A stretch of DNA of 64,000 nucleotides, from the NCBI GenBank assembly GCA_043228905.1, contig JBHGNT010000009.1, forward strand, positions 2,976,001-3,040,000, in the 5' to 3' direction. The notes beneath the pieces are model-generated. The model searched no databases. It saw nothing but the letters and a program-made list of their open reading frames with translations, and was not told the DNA's origin. How positions within the stretch are numbered: the first letter of the stretch is position 1; each line of letters starts with the position of its first letter. The position numbers and the translations under genes were made by a program. The stretch comes from Azolla caroliniana. Lineage: Eukaryota > Plantae > Polypodiophyta. Positions 45,047 to 56,863 of the stretch are shown in pieces.

Positions 45047-48000
45047 TCAAGTGGGAGGCACAACTAGGTTTGCCTTTTGTTTGCAAACTTCAAGCTTCTC
45101 CCTTGACAAACATTTTGTCATCATGTCAGAACCATTCTCATTTGTGTGAATCTTTTCAATGTGCATTTGCTTTTCTTCAAGCACATCTCTAATCCAATGG
45201 TATCTAACACCTATGTGTTTTGACTTGGAATGAAAGGAAGAATTCTTACTTAAGTGTATAGCACTTTGGCTGTCACAATACAAGATGTATTTTTCTTGAG
45301 TCAGCCCCAACTCTTGTAGGAATTTCTTTAGCCATAACAATTCCTTACTAGCTTCTGTGACAGCAATATACTCGGCCTCCGTTGTGGATAATGCCACACA
45401 TTTTTGCAATCTCGATTGCCAAGAGACTGCTCCCCCTGCAAAGATCATTAGGTAACCAGATGTAGACTTTCTGGGGTCAACATCACCAGCCATATCGGCA
45501 TCTGTATATCCATCTAATATAGTTTGGTTCTCACCAAATTTTAGACAGACTCTTGAGGTACCCCTCAGATATCGCAAGATCCATTTCACTGCTTCCCAAT
45601 GATCTTTTCCAGGGTTTGAGAGGAAACGGCTCACTACACCAACTGCGTGAGCAATGTCCGGCCTCGTGCATACCATAGCATACATTAAACTGCCGACTGC
45701 AGAGGCATATGGTATTTGTGTCATTTCTTCTTGCTCTTCATCACTCGTAGGGCATTGAGCTGAGCTAAGTTTAAAGTGGCCTGCGAGTGGAGTGTTGACC
45801 GGCTTACTCTTAGCCATGTTGAATCTCTCAAGTACCTTCTCAATGTACTTTTCTTGAGATAGCCAAAGTCTTTTATTTGCCCTGTCCCTAGTTATCTTCA
45901 TCCCAAGGATTTGCTTGGCTGGTCCCAAGTCTTTCATTGCAAAAGATTTGCTGAGTTCCTTTTTCAGCTTCTCAATCTTGTTGGTGTCTTGACCAACGAT
46001 CAACATATCATCAACATACAGGAGCAAAATGACAAAATCCCCATCTGGGAATTTCTTAACAAACACACAATGGTCTGTGTTTGTTCTATTATACCCATGG
46101 TTCAGCATAAAAGAGTCAAACTTTTTGTACCAAAGTCTAGGAGCTTGTTTTAGGCCATACAAGCTCTTATTTAACTTGCATACCAGGTTTTCCTTACCTT
46201 TGACTTTGAATCCTTCGGGTTGATCCATGTAAATCTCTTCTTCCAAATCTCCATGGAGGAAGGCGGTTTTTACATCAAGTTGCTCAACTTCCAGATCGAG
46301 ACTAGCTGCGATCCCAAGTACAACTCTGATCGAGGACATCTTCACCACTGGTGAGAAAATCTCCTCGAAATCAATTCCCTTTTTCTGGTTGAACCCTTTC
46401 ACAACCAATCTTGCCTTGTATCTTGGTTGTGAGCAATGTTCCTCAGTCTTGAGCCTGTAAACCCATTTGTTTTTCAGCGCTCTCTTGCCCTTAGGCAGCT
46501 TTACAAGATCATAAGTGTGATTGTCTAGCAAAGACTTCATCTCATCATTCATGGCGTCAAGCCATTCCTCCTTATGATCATTTGCCATAGCTTCTCTAAA
46601 GCTTTCTAGCTCTCCTCCATCTGAAAGCATCACATATTCATGTGGGCTGTATCTAGTAGAAGGTCTTCTTTGTCTCATAGACCTTCTAACCTCTTCTTCT
46701 TTCGGAGGAGCTGCTGAATTGTCACCTAGAGTATGATGGTCATGATATTGCCCGTCATCATCGTTGGCTGCATCATCAGCCATATTATCATACTCCTCGG
46801 TATCTCCCCCATGACCTTGTGTGTCTGGGGCAGGCATTGGGTGTTCAGTGACTGAAAAATCAGGGGTGAGATTCGGCATTTCATTCGGCTCCGGATCTTG
46901 TAAGGTCTGATCCTCAAGGAATACCACATCCCTGCTTCTAATGACCTTTTTCTCTATTGGGTCATAAAGTCTATAGCCGAATTCCTCATGGCCGTATCCC
47001 AAAAATATGCATGGTTTGCATTTGTCATCAAGCTTGGATCTTTCATCTTTTGGGATGTGGACATAAGCCTTGCAACCAAACACTCTTAAGTGTTTGTATG
47101 ACACCTCCTTACCTGTCCAAACCCTTTCGGGTACATCACCATCCAAAGGGATTGATGGGGACAGATTAATGAGGTCAACGACAGTCCTCATTGCTTCACC
47201 CCAAAAAGATTTCGGTAATTTTGAATGGGATAGCATGCATCTTATCCGCTCACAAATTGTCCTATTCATCCTCTCAGCCACGCCATTGTGCTGAGGTGTT
47301 TTCGGGACACTTCTCTCTAGTCTAATACCATGCTCATGACAATATTCCTCAAATCGTCCCTGATATTCACCGCCGTTATCGGCACGAATACATTTCAGCT
47401 TTCTTCCTGTTTCTCTTTCCACACTTACATGAAAGTTCCTAAAGATTTCAAACACTTGATCTTTAGTCTTTAATGCAAAGCACCACAACTTCCTCGAGAA
47501 GTCATCGATAAATGTGGCAAAGTACAATGCTCCCCCAAGAGTTCTATCTTTCATATAGCACAAGTCCGTGTGCACCAATTCCAATGGCTGAGATTTTCTT
47601 TTTGGGGGCAGATGTTGAAAGGCAACTCTGTGTTGTTTGCCGGCCAAGCAATCAACACAAGTTTCTAAGTGCATACCTCTTATCTCAGGTAGGATGTTCT
47701 TTCTAGCTAGCACCTCGAGTCCTTTTTGACTCATGTGCCCAAGTCTCTTGTGCCACAATTCAATGGGAACTTCCTTATCGGCTACATTCACCTCCCCATT
47801 GGACACCATAGCACGCATTACGTAGAGAGAATTCTGTTTTAGGCATCTTGCTAATACTAGCGAGCCTTTGATGAGCTTCCATTTTCCTTCACCGAAGGAA
47901 TTTGTGTAACCCTCATCATCAAGCTTACTGGCTGAAATAATATTCAGCCGAATGTCCGGTACATGCCTAACATCATTTAATACTAGTTTGCAACCCGTGT

Positions 48001-49018
48001 CCGTGGTTAGAATTATATTTCCCATGCCAACAACCTCTGTTATGCCGTGGTTCGCCATTTTGACTTTACCAAAGTCACCACCGGCATATGTCGAGAACAT
48101 CTCTCGATATGGAGTAATGTGATACAAGGTTCCCGAGTCAATAATCCAATCAGTTTGTTGGCATGCTAAGCTAACACACGCATCATCACATGCAATGACA
48201 ATGTCGCCATCACAAGTGGTTGTAGTGGGGTCATTGCTCTTATTGTCGGTGGTTCCTTTCTTTTGGTCTTTCTTTTTCTTCCAACAGTCTCTCTCATAAT
48301 GGTTTGGACCACCACAATAACGACACGTGAAGTCTTTCTTGAAGTCTTTCCTACCTCTAGATTTTGACCTCCCCTCATCATTATTTCTATGACCTTGTGG
48401 ACCCCGAGTATGGCGACTTCCCCTATCGGGATTCTTTTCTATGAGCAAGGCTTCCTCATTATTAGATTCACGCTCCTTTCGTCGTGCTTCTTCATGCAAA
48501 AGACTCGATTTGAGCGAATCCAATGTTAGCTCCTTATATTGTGTTGCGGTCCCAAGCGTCACGACAAGGGTTTCCCAACTATCTGGGAGAGAGCCTAACA
48601 ACAACAAAGTCAACACCTCATGTGCTAAAGGTATTTCTAGGGAGATTGTTTGACTTACAAGTCCTTGAAAAGTGTTAAGATGCTCTGCCATACTAGAGCC
48701 ATCTTGGTATCTAAGTCTTACAAGTTTCCTAAACACCGAGACCCTATTCAAGGCATTTTTAGTCTGAAACATGGTTTCTATTTTTCCCCATAGTTCGTGT
48801 GCCTTGGTTTCATCTACAAAATTGTTATATAGACTCATATCTATGAAACAACGTATATATGATGTTGTTTTTAGATGCATTGCATCCCAAGTTGATGCAT
48901 TTATGTCTTCAGGTTTGCTTTGACCATGTAGTACGGGCAGCCACATGTCTTTACACACCAACATATCTCTCATTTTAGATCTCGAAATGGAGTAGTTGGA
49001 TCCCGTTAATTTAATCAT
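45047..49018 (-). CDS. Copia gag-pol polyprotein, 1323 aa, uninterrupted
   Basis: CCHC knuckle (CRYCGGPNHYERDC), protease WIIDSG, WHKRLGH/CVDC, integrase VHTD..DNGGEY..NGVAERMN, RT YVDD, RNase H YTDAD/TEAEY/YCDS, in Copia domain order. Confidence 0.95.
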   Translation of the reverse strand: MIKLTGSNYSISRSKMRDMLVCKDMWLPVLHGQSKPEDINASTWDAMHLKTTSYIRCFIDMSLYNNFVDETKAHELWGKIETMFQTKNALNRVSVFRKLVRLRYQDGSSMAEHLNTFQGLVSQTISLEIPLAHEVLTLLLLGSLPDSWETLVVTLGTATQYKELTLDSLKSSLLHEEARRKERESNNEEALLIEKNPDRGSRHTRGPQGHRNNDEGRSKSRGRKDFKKDFTCRYCGGPNHYERDCWKKKKDQKKGTTDNKSNDPTTTTCDGDIVIACDDACVSLACQQTDWIIDSGTLYHITPYREMFSTYAGGDFGKVKMANHGITEVVGMGNIILTTDTGCKLVLNDVRHVPDIRLNIISASKLDDEGYTNSFGEGKWKLIKGSLVLARCLKQNSLYVMRAMVSNGEVNVADKEVPIELWHKRLGHMSQKGLEVLARKNILPEIRGMHLETCVDCLAGKQHRVAFQHLPPKRKSQPLELVHTDLCYMKDRTLGGALYFATFIDDFSRKLWCFALKTKDQVFEIFRNFHVSVERETGRKLKCIRADNGGEYQGRFEEYCHEHGIRLERSVPKTPQHNGVAERMNRTICERIRCMLSHSKLPKSFWGEAMRTVVDLINLSPSIPLDGDVPERVWTGKEVSYKHLRVFGCKAYVHIPKDERSKLDDKCKPCIFLGYGHEEFGYRLYDPIEKKVIRSRDVVFLEDQTLQDPEPNEMPNLTPDFSVTEHPMPAPDTQGHGGDTEEYDNMADDAANDDDGQYHDHHTLGDNSAAPPKEEEVRRSMRQRRPSTRYSPHEYVMLSDGGELESFREAMANDHKEEWLDAMNDEMKSLLDNHTYDLVKLPKGKRALKNKWVYRLKTEEHCSQPRYKARLVVKGFNQKKGIDFEEIFSPVVKMSSIRVVLGIAASLDLEVEQLDVKTAFLHGDLEEEIYMDQPEGFKVKGKENLVCKLNKSLYGLKQAPRLWYKKFDSFMLNHGYNRTNTDHCVFVKKFPDGDFVILLLYVDDMLIVGQDTNKIEKLKKELSKSFAMKDLGPAKQILGMKITRDRANKRLWLSQEKYIEKVLERFNMAKSKPVNTPLAGHFKLSSAQCPTSDEEQEEMTQIPYASAVGSLMYAMVCTRPDIAHAVGVVSRFLSNPGKDHWEAVKWILRYLRGTSRVCLKFGENQTILDGYTDADMAGDVDPRKSTSGYLMIFAGGAVSWQSRLQKCVALSTTEAEYIAVTEASKELLWLKKFLQELGLTQEKYILYCDSQSAIHLSKNSSFHSKSKHIGVRYHWIRDVLEEKQMHIEKIHTNENGSDMMTKCLSREKLEVCKQKANLVVPPT

Positions 49019-49080
49019 CCCCCCTAATCATCCATATTCCAAGTCTTTGCGGAGGGTATGAACCTCGCTCTGATACCACT

Positions 49081-49883
49081 TGATGGGGATATGGAGCGGA
49101 ATCGGGATGATTCGTAATACCAACTCAAGAATCAAAATAAACAACACCACAACACAAAAAGAGAGTACACCAAATTTTAACGTGGAAAACCCAAAAATTG
49201 GGAAAAACCACGGCAACCTTAGGTTCCAAAACAAATTCACTAATTTCTGAGTGTACAAGGCGTATATAGCCTCAAGAGTTTACTCTAGAGATATGCACTT
49301 ATATTTCAAGGCTACCGCCTTGGATACAATGTTCACCCTACCAAATAAGATAAACAACCAAAAGAAAAACCCAAAAGAAACACAAACAAGTAAACTTGTT
49401 ACGAGTAAACGGAAGAGTTGCTGTGGTCCAAACAGCACCTCACTAGATCTCTGTCTTTACACTTGCAACGAGTTCTCGTTCTCGATCACCTTGTTCTCGA
49501 GCTCTCACACTTGTTCACTTGTTCACTTCTGATTTCTTGTGTCTTCTTACACACCTCTTTTTGTCGAATCTCTGTTTTCAGCCTCTTAGATATGTTTTCT
49601 TATGCACTTCGTTTTTCTCTATCTTTCTCTGTCTTTCTCAAAGACTTCCCTCTCAGTTTTCTGTTTTTACTCTCTGTTTTTTCACTCACAAAATCAGATT
49701 GTATCACACTTGTATATTCTCTATTTTTTTCTGCACTCTCTTTCGTTGTCACAGTTTTTACGTCTGCCCCTCTTCCCTCAGCCTTGTAGGGCAACGTCCT
49801 TTTTCGAATCTGTTTTCACACATGAACAAAACAAAACAAAAAAAGACACACGCCCAAAAACATACAAAAAAGAAAGAGAGGAA

Positions 49884-49914
<31 letters not shown>

Positions 49915-50004
49915 TATTTAAATGTAACTAATTAGTTTTAAGTTGTATTCGGCGTTTAGCCGACTTAACATTGTGGGCTCCACTTGAGTGGACAGGCCCC
50001 AACA
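49081..50004 (-). repeat. Copia 5' LTR (924 bp)
   Basis: Direct repeat of 44121-45030, followed on the minus strand by the tRNA-iMet PBS. Confidence 0.95.
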
Positions 50005-50344
50005 GCTCGGAGGATCCTTGGCCGCCTTGGCAGCCTCCGGGGCCGCGGCACCTCGAAAATGTAGACTGTTTTGATGATATGGACATTGGTCTGGTCCAGG
50101 TTGGAGAGGAAATAAACGAGATTCTGTGTGGGCTCTGAGCGGGTGACGAGGCTGGGCTCATGGAGCTTCACATTGAAGAGGGGCAATAGCTTCGGCACCC
50201 ATAGCCATCCTTCCCTATCTTTCTTTAGTCCACCACCACTAAAGTCTCCTAAATCAAGCTTCCACTAGAATGCTTTTATTGTAATCATTGGGTTGATGGA
50301 CGAGGATGAAGAAGATAGGAGCAAAATCCCAATGTAAATATAAA

Positions 50345-50345
<1 letters not shown>

Positions 50346-50401
<56 letters not shown>
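50346..50401. repeat. (CA)n microsatellite
   Basis: About 27 consecutive CA units. Confidence 0.95.
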
Positions 50402-50403
<2 letters not shown>

Positions 50404-53371
50404 CGTGCGCTCATGTGAATCTCGTTACGATAGTGTGACACTATCCTTATCGCCTTTCTCAAACTTTTTGTATATCCAAAATGGCCCCCAAAATTTTGAT
50501 GAAACATATAATCAAATATGTACCAATGTCAATATCATCTCTCCAAAATAGCCCCAAGTTTTGTGGCCGGAGCCCACGTCCTGTCCGTCCGTCCGTATGA
50601 CACATGATAATAGTGCGAAAAACCTAATATTAATTATTATCTTGAGCACCTCCCCTCCCCTCACGAGGCGCCTAAGGTAAATTAAGATAAAGGAAAGCCT
50701 TCAACACAAGTCAAAACCCGAGAATAGGGCCAAAAATATAATATTTACTTATTATCTTGAGCACCACCCTCACGAGGTTGCGAAGGTAAATGAAGATAAC
50801 GGGAAGCCTCTGTCCCTCACTGTTGCTGATTGCTGCTGTGCCTATACTGCTGCCATCCTCGACGCCTTAAAAAATTGTATAATATTAGTAATAAAATAAA
50901 TAGATAAAATTGTATAATATTAGTAAATATAAAAATTTAAATTAATAAATAAATAAGATAAAAATAATAATAAATTAAGAAATATAATAATAAATAAAAG
51001 AAAAAGAAAAAGAAAAAAATAAAAAAGATTATAGCTATTATGGTAAAATTAACTAAATAAATAAACTATAGATATATTGTCATGTGTGGGAACCAAACCA
51101 TATAGTTTGGTCCCAAGAGGAACCAAGAAACATTGTAACTAACTAAGAGTAGAACTAAGAAGCGATGGGAAACCTTATAAATAGAGGTGCTTACCAAGAG
51201 GTTGGAGGAGGGAAAAACGAGACTTGAGTAGTGTACATTACATTGGTGGAAATAACGGGCATTTTTGCGATAAACCGCAGTCGCACACCCACGGATCATC
51301 ACATAGAAGCAACCGCCGAGCCCACAAGTAACCAACCGAGAAGACGTGAATCCAAGCACGACAAGTGCACATCAACTACACAAAGGTGCAAACATAAGAT
51401 TTCAACAACACGATGAGTATGCAACTAGAATTCGTGGAACAGAGCTCTCCAAGCAATGCAACCGAGCAAATGCTTCAAGCTATGTCAACAATGATGATGC
51501 AGGTAAACCACACAAATCAAACAAATCAAACAACATAGAGAAACAGAAGGACTCACGAAACATGTTGCAGTCATTTTCCGGTCTACCAACAGAAGATGTA
51601 TTGGCTAGATCACTTTGAGAATGTCGTCGGCTATCGTCAATGGAGTGATGATAGAAAAGCTCTTAAATTGTGCACAATATTGGAAAACATCGCAACAACC
51701 TGATTTATTCAACAACCAGAAGAAGTAAAACAAGATTGGTCATACTTATGCGAACAATTGGTCCAACACTTTGCCAATAACGACATAACACAAACAACCC
51801 TGCAACAATTAGGTAACATGCGTCACCAAACACATGAACCAGTAGCACAATTTGCAGTGAGATTAAAAAACTATTACTAAGAGTAGATCCAAACATGAAA
51901 GAGACTATGAAGTTGTATTTCTTGCTACCAAGGCTGAGACATAACATCTATAGGAGAGTAAAAGATCAAGGGCCGACCACATTCCAAATGGCTGTACAGA
52001 TCGCCCAACGCATAGAAGCTCATGACTACATGGAATTGCCACAACACAACAATAAGAAGCATCAAGTTAAACCCACAACATGATCGATGGATATTGACAT
52101 ACAAAATACACAAATTAATGCTAAGAAGCAACTTCCAAGTCGGGACACTCAAGGATGCCCACAATGTTTTCACTGCAATAATTTCAGAAAAGAGTCCTAT
52201 GCATACAAAAATATAACCTACAACTATAGTTTAAGAAGTGCAAATGGGGAGCAACAAAATTACGATTTTTAGGCTTTATGATATCCTCAAATGGCATCCA
52301 ACTTGGCCCTGCTAAGATACAAGCCATTGCAGACTATCCAACGCCAAGCAACATCAAGTTCCTACAAAGCTTCCTCGGTCTTGTGAGATTTTCACTACGG
52401 TTTATTCGTAACCTAGCTATGGTCACAACTCCCTTAAGATTACGATTGAAAAAAGGATCCAAATATCAATGGTCGGCAGATTGTGCACAAAGTTTTGAGA
52501 TACTCAAACAATTAATCACTAATGTAGGAACCTTGGCATTCCCAGACTTCAACAAAGTCTTCTGCCTCCGGATAGAGGCTTCCAATTATGGAATAGGTGT
52601 TGTACTCCTGCAACAAGATGACAATGACGACTGGAAGCCGATAACATACATCAGTAGAGCATTGATGAAATCAGAACAGAACTACTCTACAATAGAAAAA
52701 GAGTTCCAAGCAATTGTGTGGGCATTCCAAAAGTTTCACCCCTACCTGCATGGAACATCACTCGAAGTAGAAACAGATCACCAACCATTGGTATCACTCA
52801 TACAGAAAACTCACCCATCGGGAAGACTGCTATGATGGACACTCACTTTGCAAAAATATAGATTTACGGTGATTGATTATAGAGGAGCATCCAATACAGT
52901 TGTCGATGCTTTATCTCGGTTGGAGTACCACATTGCACAATGGGTACAGGATGCCAACGAACTCCCATTTCAACCACAACAAATAACACAAATGCAACAG
53001 CAGGACCCTGTGATCAAGAACCTCATTCTGCGAATATAGAACAACCATGACAAACAAGTATACCGTCATTTTGTTTTAATTGACAACATGCTCCATTTTG
53101 TTAGTTAAGGCCTCCCTCCACAACTATATTTACAAGAGGCATTATAGGCAACTTACCTCGAATTCTATAATAATCATCAGTTGACATGCCATTTCGCCTT
53201 CCATAAGCTCCTCCATCGCATTCGTTCTATGTATTACTAGCCAAAATTAAGACAGTCTATCTCCACATTCCTACAAACATGCACCACATGTCAGGTTGTA
53301 AAAAACCCACAATCCACATACGGTACCTTGACACCCATTGAGGTCAAGGAACCTTTCGAGATGGTGGGATG

Positions 53372-53808
53372 TGTTAATCCTTAGGGCCGGACAATGGCCT
53401 AACACAGGGTGTCTCCGGAAGACACTTCACCAAAGGGGTGTTACGGCGAGATAACTTAAGACACAACGATTACTTCGACTTAATTAGCTACTTAGCAATA
53501 AGGCATACACTTAATACACGCGTAAGATAATAACAATTAATTCAGAACGGTAATCAATACGTGAAGATAAAACAAGAAACTTATATTACTTCTCCGTTAA
53601 AGTTATACATTGTAACCGGGCCTTTATATAGGTCACCGATGCTGCGTAGATTGGCACCTGTTCGGAATCGGTTCGGATCCGGATCGGCATACTGATTCTG
53701 GTCTGTCCGTTCACTACATAATTATAATCTAATCTACTTAATTAAATATATTCCGAATAACCATCCCTTTCACATTCTGGTCTCTGCTCCTTTGCCGACC
53801 GGGTAACA
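53372..53808 (-). repeat. Nested Gypsy 3' LTR (437 bp)
   Basis: Direct repeat of 63023-63471. Confidence 0.93.
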
Positions 53809-53942
53809 CATGGCACGCCCGTGGGACAGTACCTTGTACGTCGAATCCCACTATCCGTCCCTTAGCCTTCGTCCAAGATGTCTAGAATACTCTGTTCCAG
53901 GGTATCCAATGGTTGTTCGGAATTCGGTTGTTGCTGTTGTTA

Positions 53943-56863
53943 CTATTGCGGCTGCTGTTGCTGTTGCTGTTGATGCGGCTCCTCCGACTGTTGCTCCTGA
54001 GCGGGCGTCTGTTCGGCTTCCGGTATCGGCGGTTGTGGCGGTGATTCCTCCATTAGCTGCTCCGCCGGATTTGACTCCGGTTGACTCGTCCTGGCCTTGT
54101 CTCCGTCTGGTCCTTGCTTCGGTGATGGCTCCTCATCGCTGAGGTTGACGGTCGCCGCATGCTTTGCTTCTTCTCTCCGTAGCCTGGTCCGCTCATAGCT
54201 CTCAAACTGGATTTGAGCATCCAGTCGATCATCATCTAGGTGGGCTACCAGTTGCCGGACCACTGCTGCCTGCTCCTCCGCCAGAGTTATAAAATCTTCG
54301 GCTAACTCCTCTCTGACGGCGGTGAACTCCTCCTTCGTTAGCATGTAGCAGTCGTTGTCTTCCCTCTACCGGTTTTCCGCGTCTGCCCGTAGCAATTGGA
54401 GCTCAGTTGTGTGCTTTGCCCATTTGTCCCACCATTGCGTGGAGCTTTCGTTAATCAAGCGTTTGGTCTTGTTCCTCCATGCCTGGACAATGAACTCGAT
54501 CCGCTCCAATCCCATCTTTGATTTGTCATCCGCGGCTTGCCATTCGTCCTTCAACTGCTTGATGAGTGCCACCATATCCACCTCCTGCTCCCGGTAATGT
54601 GACAGTTGGGTTTGATAAGTGGATTGCAGCCTTTGCAAGATCATCGTCGCTCTTTCCTTCTCTTCATAATGTTGCTTATGCAGCTCCATCCGTTCTTGCG
54701 CGGCTTCCTCCAGCAGCGTGGTTCTTTCAGTCCGTTCCTCCGCCAGCGTCGTCTCAACCCGATGTACCTCCTGCCGGAGCTCTGCCATCTTCTCATGCTG
54801 TTTCTTATGCTCCGTATCCAGGTGCTTGTAGTTCCGGTGCAAGTGCTCAAAATCATCGGTTTTCTGCTTCAGCTTTTGGTTGAGTTGCCGGCGAGCGCGG
54901 TCTTCCCGGTCCTTTTGCTGACGGAGTTCTTCTTTTAGCCTTTCGATCTCTGTTTCTGCCATCCGTCGCAGCTTCTCCTTTTCTTGCAACGCCTTCTCTT
55001 TCTCCTCCTTCAGCCGGTCGTAGGCATGATGTCCTTTCCGCAGATTCTCTTCTGCCTGACGAAGGTTCTCAGCAGTCTTTCGTTGCTCTTCTTCTGCCGC
55101 TTTCTTCAAGTCTCGTTCTCGGGTGCGTAATGCTTCCTGTGCGGCCAGTTCATCTCTTAATTCAGCAAGCTCTTTTGCTTGCGCCGCCACTATCTCCGGG
55201 ACTGTTTCCGTCTCCGGGGTCTTATTGCTATGTACAGGTGATGGTGCTTCTTTATTCTGTACATCGACCGGGGTCACTAGTGCTTGGAGCTGTGGTCCGG
55301 TTAAGGCCATTTTGGCCAATTTTTCTGTGGCCAGGTCCAACTCTTGTTCTAGGCTCCGGATCCTTGACCGGGCCGTCTCTAGTTCTTTGGTTGTTACGAG
55401 CAACCGGTCCATTTGCGCTTTCTCTTCCGCCTCTATGTAGTGTACCACTCCGGCAATCTGTTCTCCAATCCACTGGAGCCATTGGCTGCTGGTGCCCTGT
55501 TATTGCGTCTGCCTGGAGGGTTGGCTGTTGGTGTCGTTGGCTAGTGGTCGGTTTTGTCCAGTTATGTTGAGCTGCAACTCTGGCTCTTGTTGGTGACCAC
55601 TTTGCCGTTCAGGTTGCGGCTCAGTTGGCCGCTTCATCTTTGAATGCTCTTGGCCTGCTGGTGGGGTCAACAACTGTACTTCCGGCGCTGGCATATCGGG
55701 TCTTGCCTTATCCTAACCCGCCGGTAGAGGTTGTTGTGCAGGGGGCTTTGTGGTCGGTTCTGTCCGAACCAGTTCCGGTTCCATCCTTGATGCGGGCTGC
55801 TCAGGGCGGGGTACATGCGTTCCATCCTTCTTTGGGTCCGAACGCTCCTCGGCTTGTTCGGAGGTGCTTGCCTTCTGGCGCCACTGGAGGTGCTCTAACG
55901 GTTCCTCCTCCGTTTCCTCCTCCTAAGTCCGGATGTTGATTTTCGTTGCCAAGGGGTCCGACGCTTGTTGAACTGGTCAGCTAAGCCTGATCTTGATTGG
56001 CCGCACCGGTGGCTCCTCCTGCGTTTCCGCCTGCCGATTCCTGTTGGCGCGCTTCTTTGCCGCCTGGTTCATGTCGGCCGCCTTCCCTTTGGTTGCCTTA
56101 GACGCCAATAGCTGTTGTCGTTTAGAGGCCGTTTTCAGGGTGCCTTCGGTTGTTCTTCCCCGCTTTGTGCTCTTGACGGGCTCGATAGGTGGCACCAATA
56201 GAGTGAGCCATTGCGCCACCGCCGTCCATATCTTCCGACCCTCTTTGCCTCTGACAGAGTCGATGGCCGCACAGAGGCCATCCTCAATTAGTACCGCCCA
56301 ATTCACCTTCACGCCTTCATATGTGGCTATGATTAAGCCGGCCCGGTTCTGGGGCATGCAGGGGGGTTGAGGGTATACATGTCCGAATTCATGGAGCATC
56401 CGGGCAATCTCTCGAAAGAGAGGATCTTCGCCGCCCTGTGTCCGGTAGGCCTTGCTTGCCAGAGAGTATTCCCCAAAGTATTTTCGGAGTTGTTCCGGGG
56501 TAGGGTTATCGATAGTGAAGATTCCCCCTTCTGGAAGGCCAATCAACGCATGGATGGCCTCCTTAGTAATCAGCTCCATGTCGATTTCTTTGACTATCTT
56601 CTCCGCCTCCCGGTGCGGTGGCACCTCCATGATGGTGAGGAAACCTTTTAAGCCGTGTTGCCTTACCACTTCTTGGCTGCTTCAGAGAGTGCTTGGCAGT
56701 CCATGGCTTCGTCGAGGTTGGTGAGTGCTGGTGAGGGTTGTGTGTGAGGAGTCTCTGTGTGCGTGGGTTCGCGTCTGCTGATCTTCAATCGCCTGTCTGC
56801 GTTTGTGCTCCTCTGTTCGCGAAATGTGAGGGTTTCTATGTGGCGGGGGTCTTCTTGTTGCAT
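53943..56863 (-). pseudogene. Extra ORF downstream of pol (globular-looking N-domain + long coiled coil), broken into pieces
   Basis: Consecutive same-strand ORFs 56663-56863, 55977-56669, 55500-55694, 54366-55448 and 53943-54344 between the integrase and the 3' LTR. Confidence 0.7.

Larger units (their letters stand above)
44121..50004 (-). mobile_element. Full-length Ty1/Copia LTR retrotransposon (Tnt1/Tork-like)
   Basis: TG..CA LTRs at 49081-50004 (5') and 44121-45030 (3'), 5-bp TSD gctcg on both sides, PBS TGGTATCAGAGC (tRNA-iMet) at 49067-49078, PPT at 45031-45047. Confidence 0.97.
43861..50208 (-). pseudogene. BAHD acyltransferase (omega-hydroxyacid feruloyl transferase ASFT/HHT1-like) exon 1, disrupted by a Copia insertion and frameshifts
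   Basis: 5' part 50005-50208 (EPSLV..SEPT, YFLSNLDQ). 3' part 43861-44120 (IIRESLAKVL..HYPLAGRL, GVPFVDAEA, LGKLVY, VVVQ|gtaact, the conserved Q intron). Removing the element restores DPPSLIIRESL. Two frameshifts in the 5' part; no exon 2 found. Confidence 0.85.

Noticed and set aside
50633-50809. ~65-bp direct repeat next to an AT-rich tract
   Set aside because: No termini or TSD identified; probably part of an unrecognised repeat.
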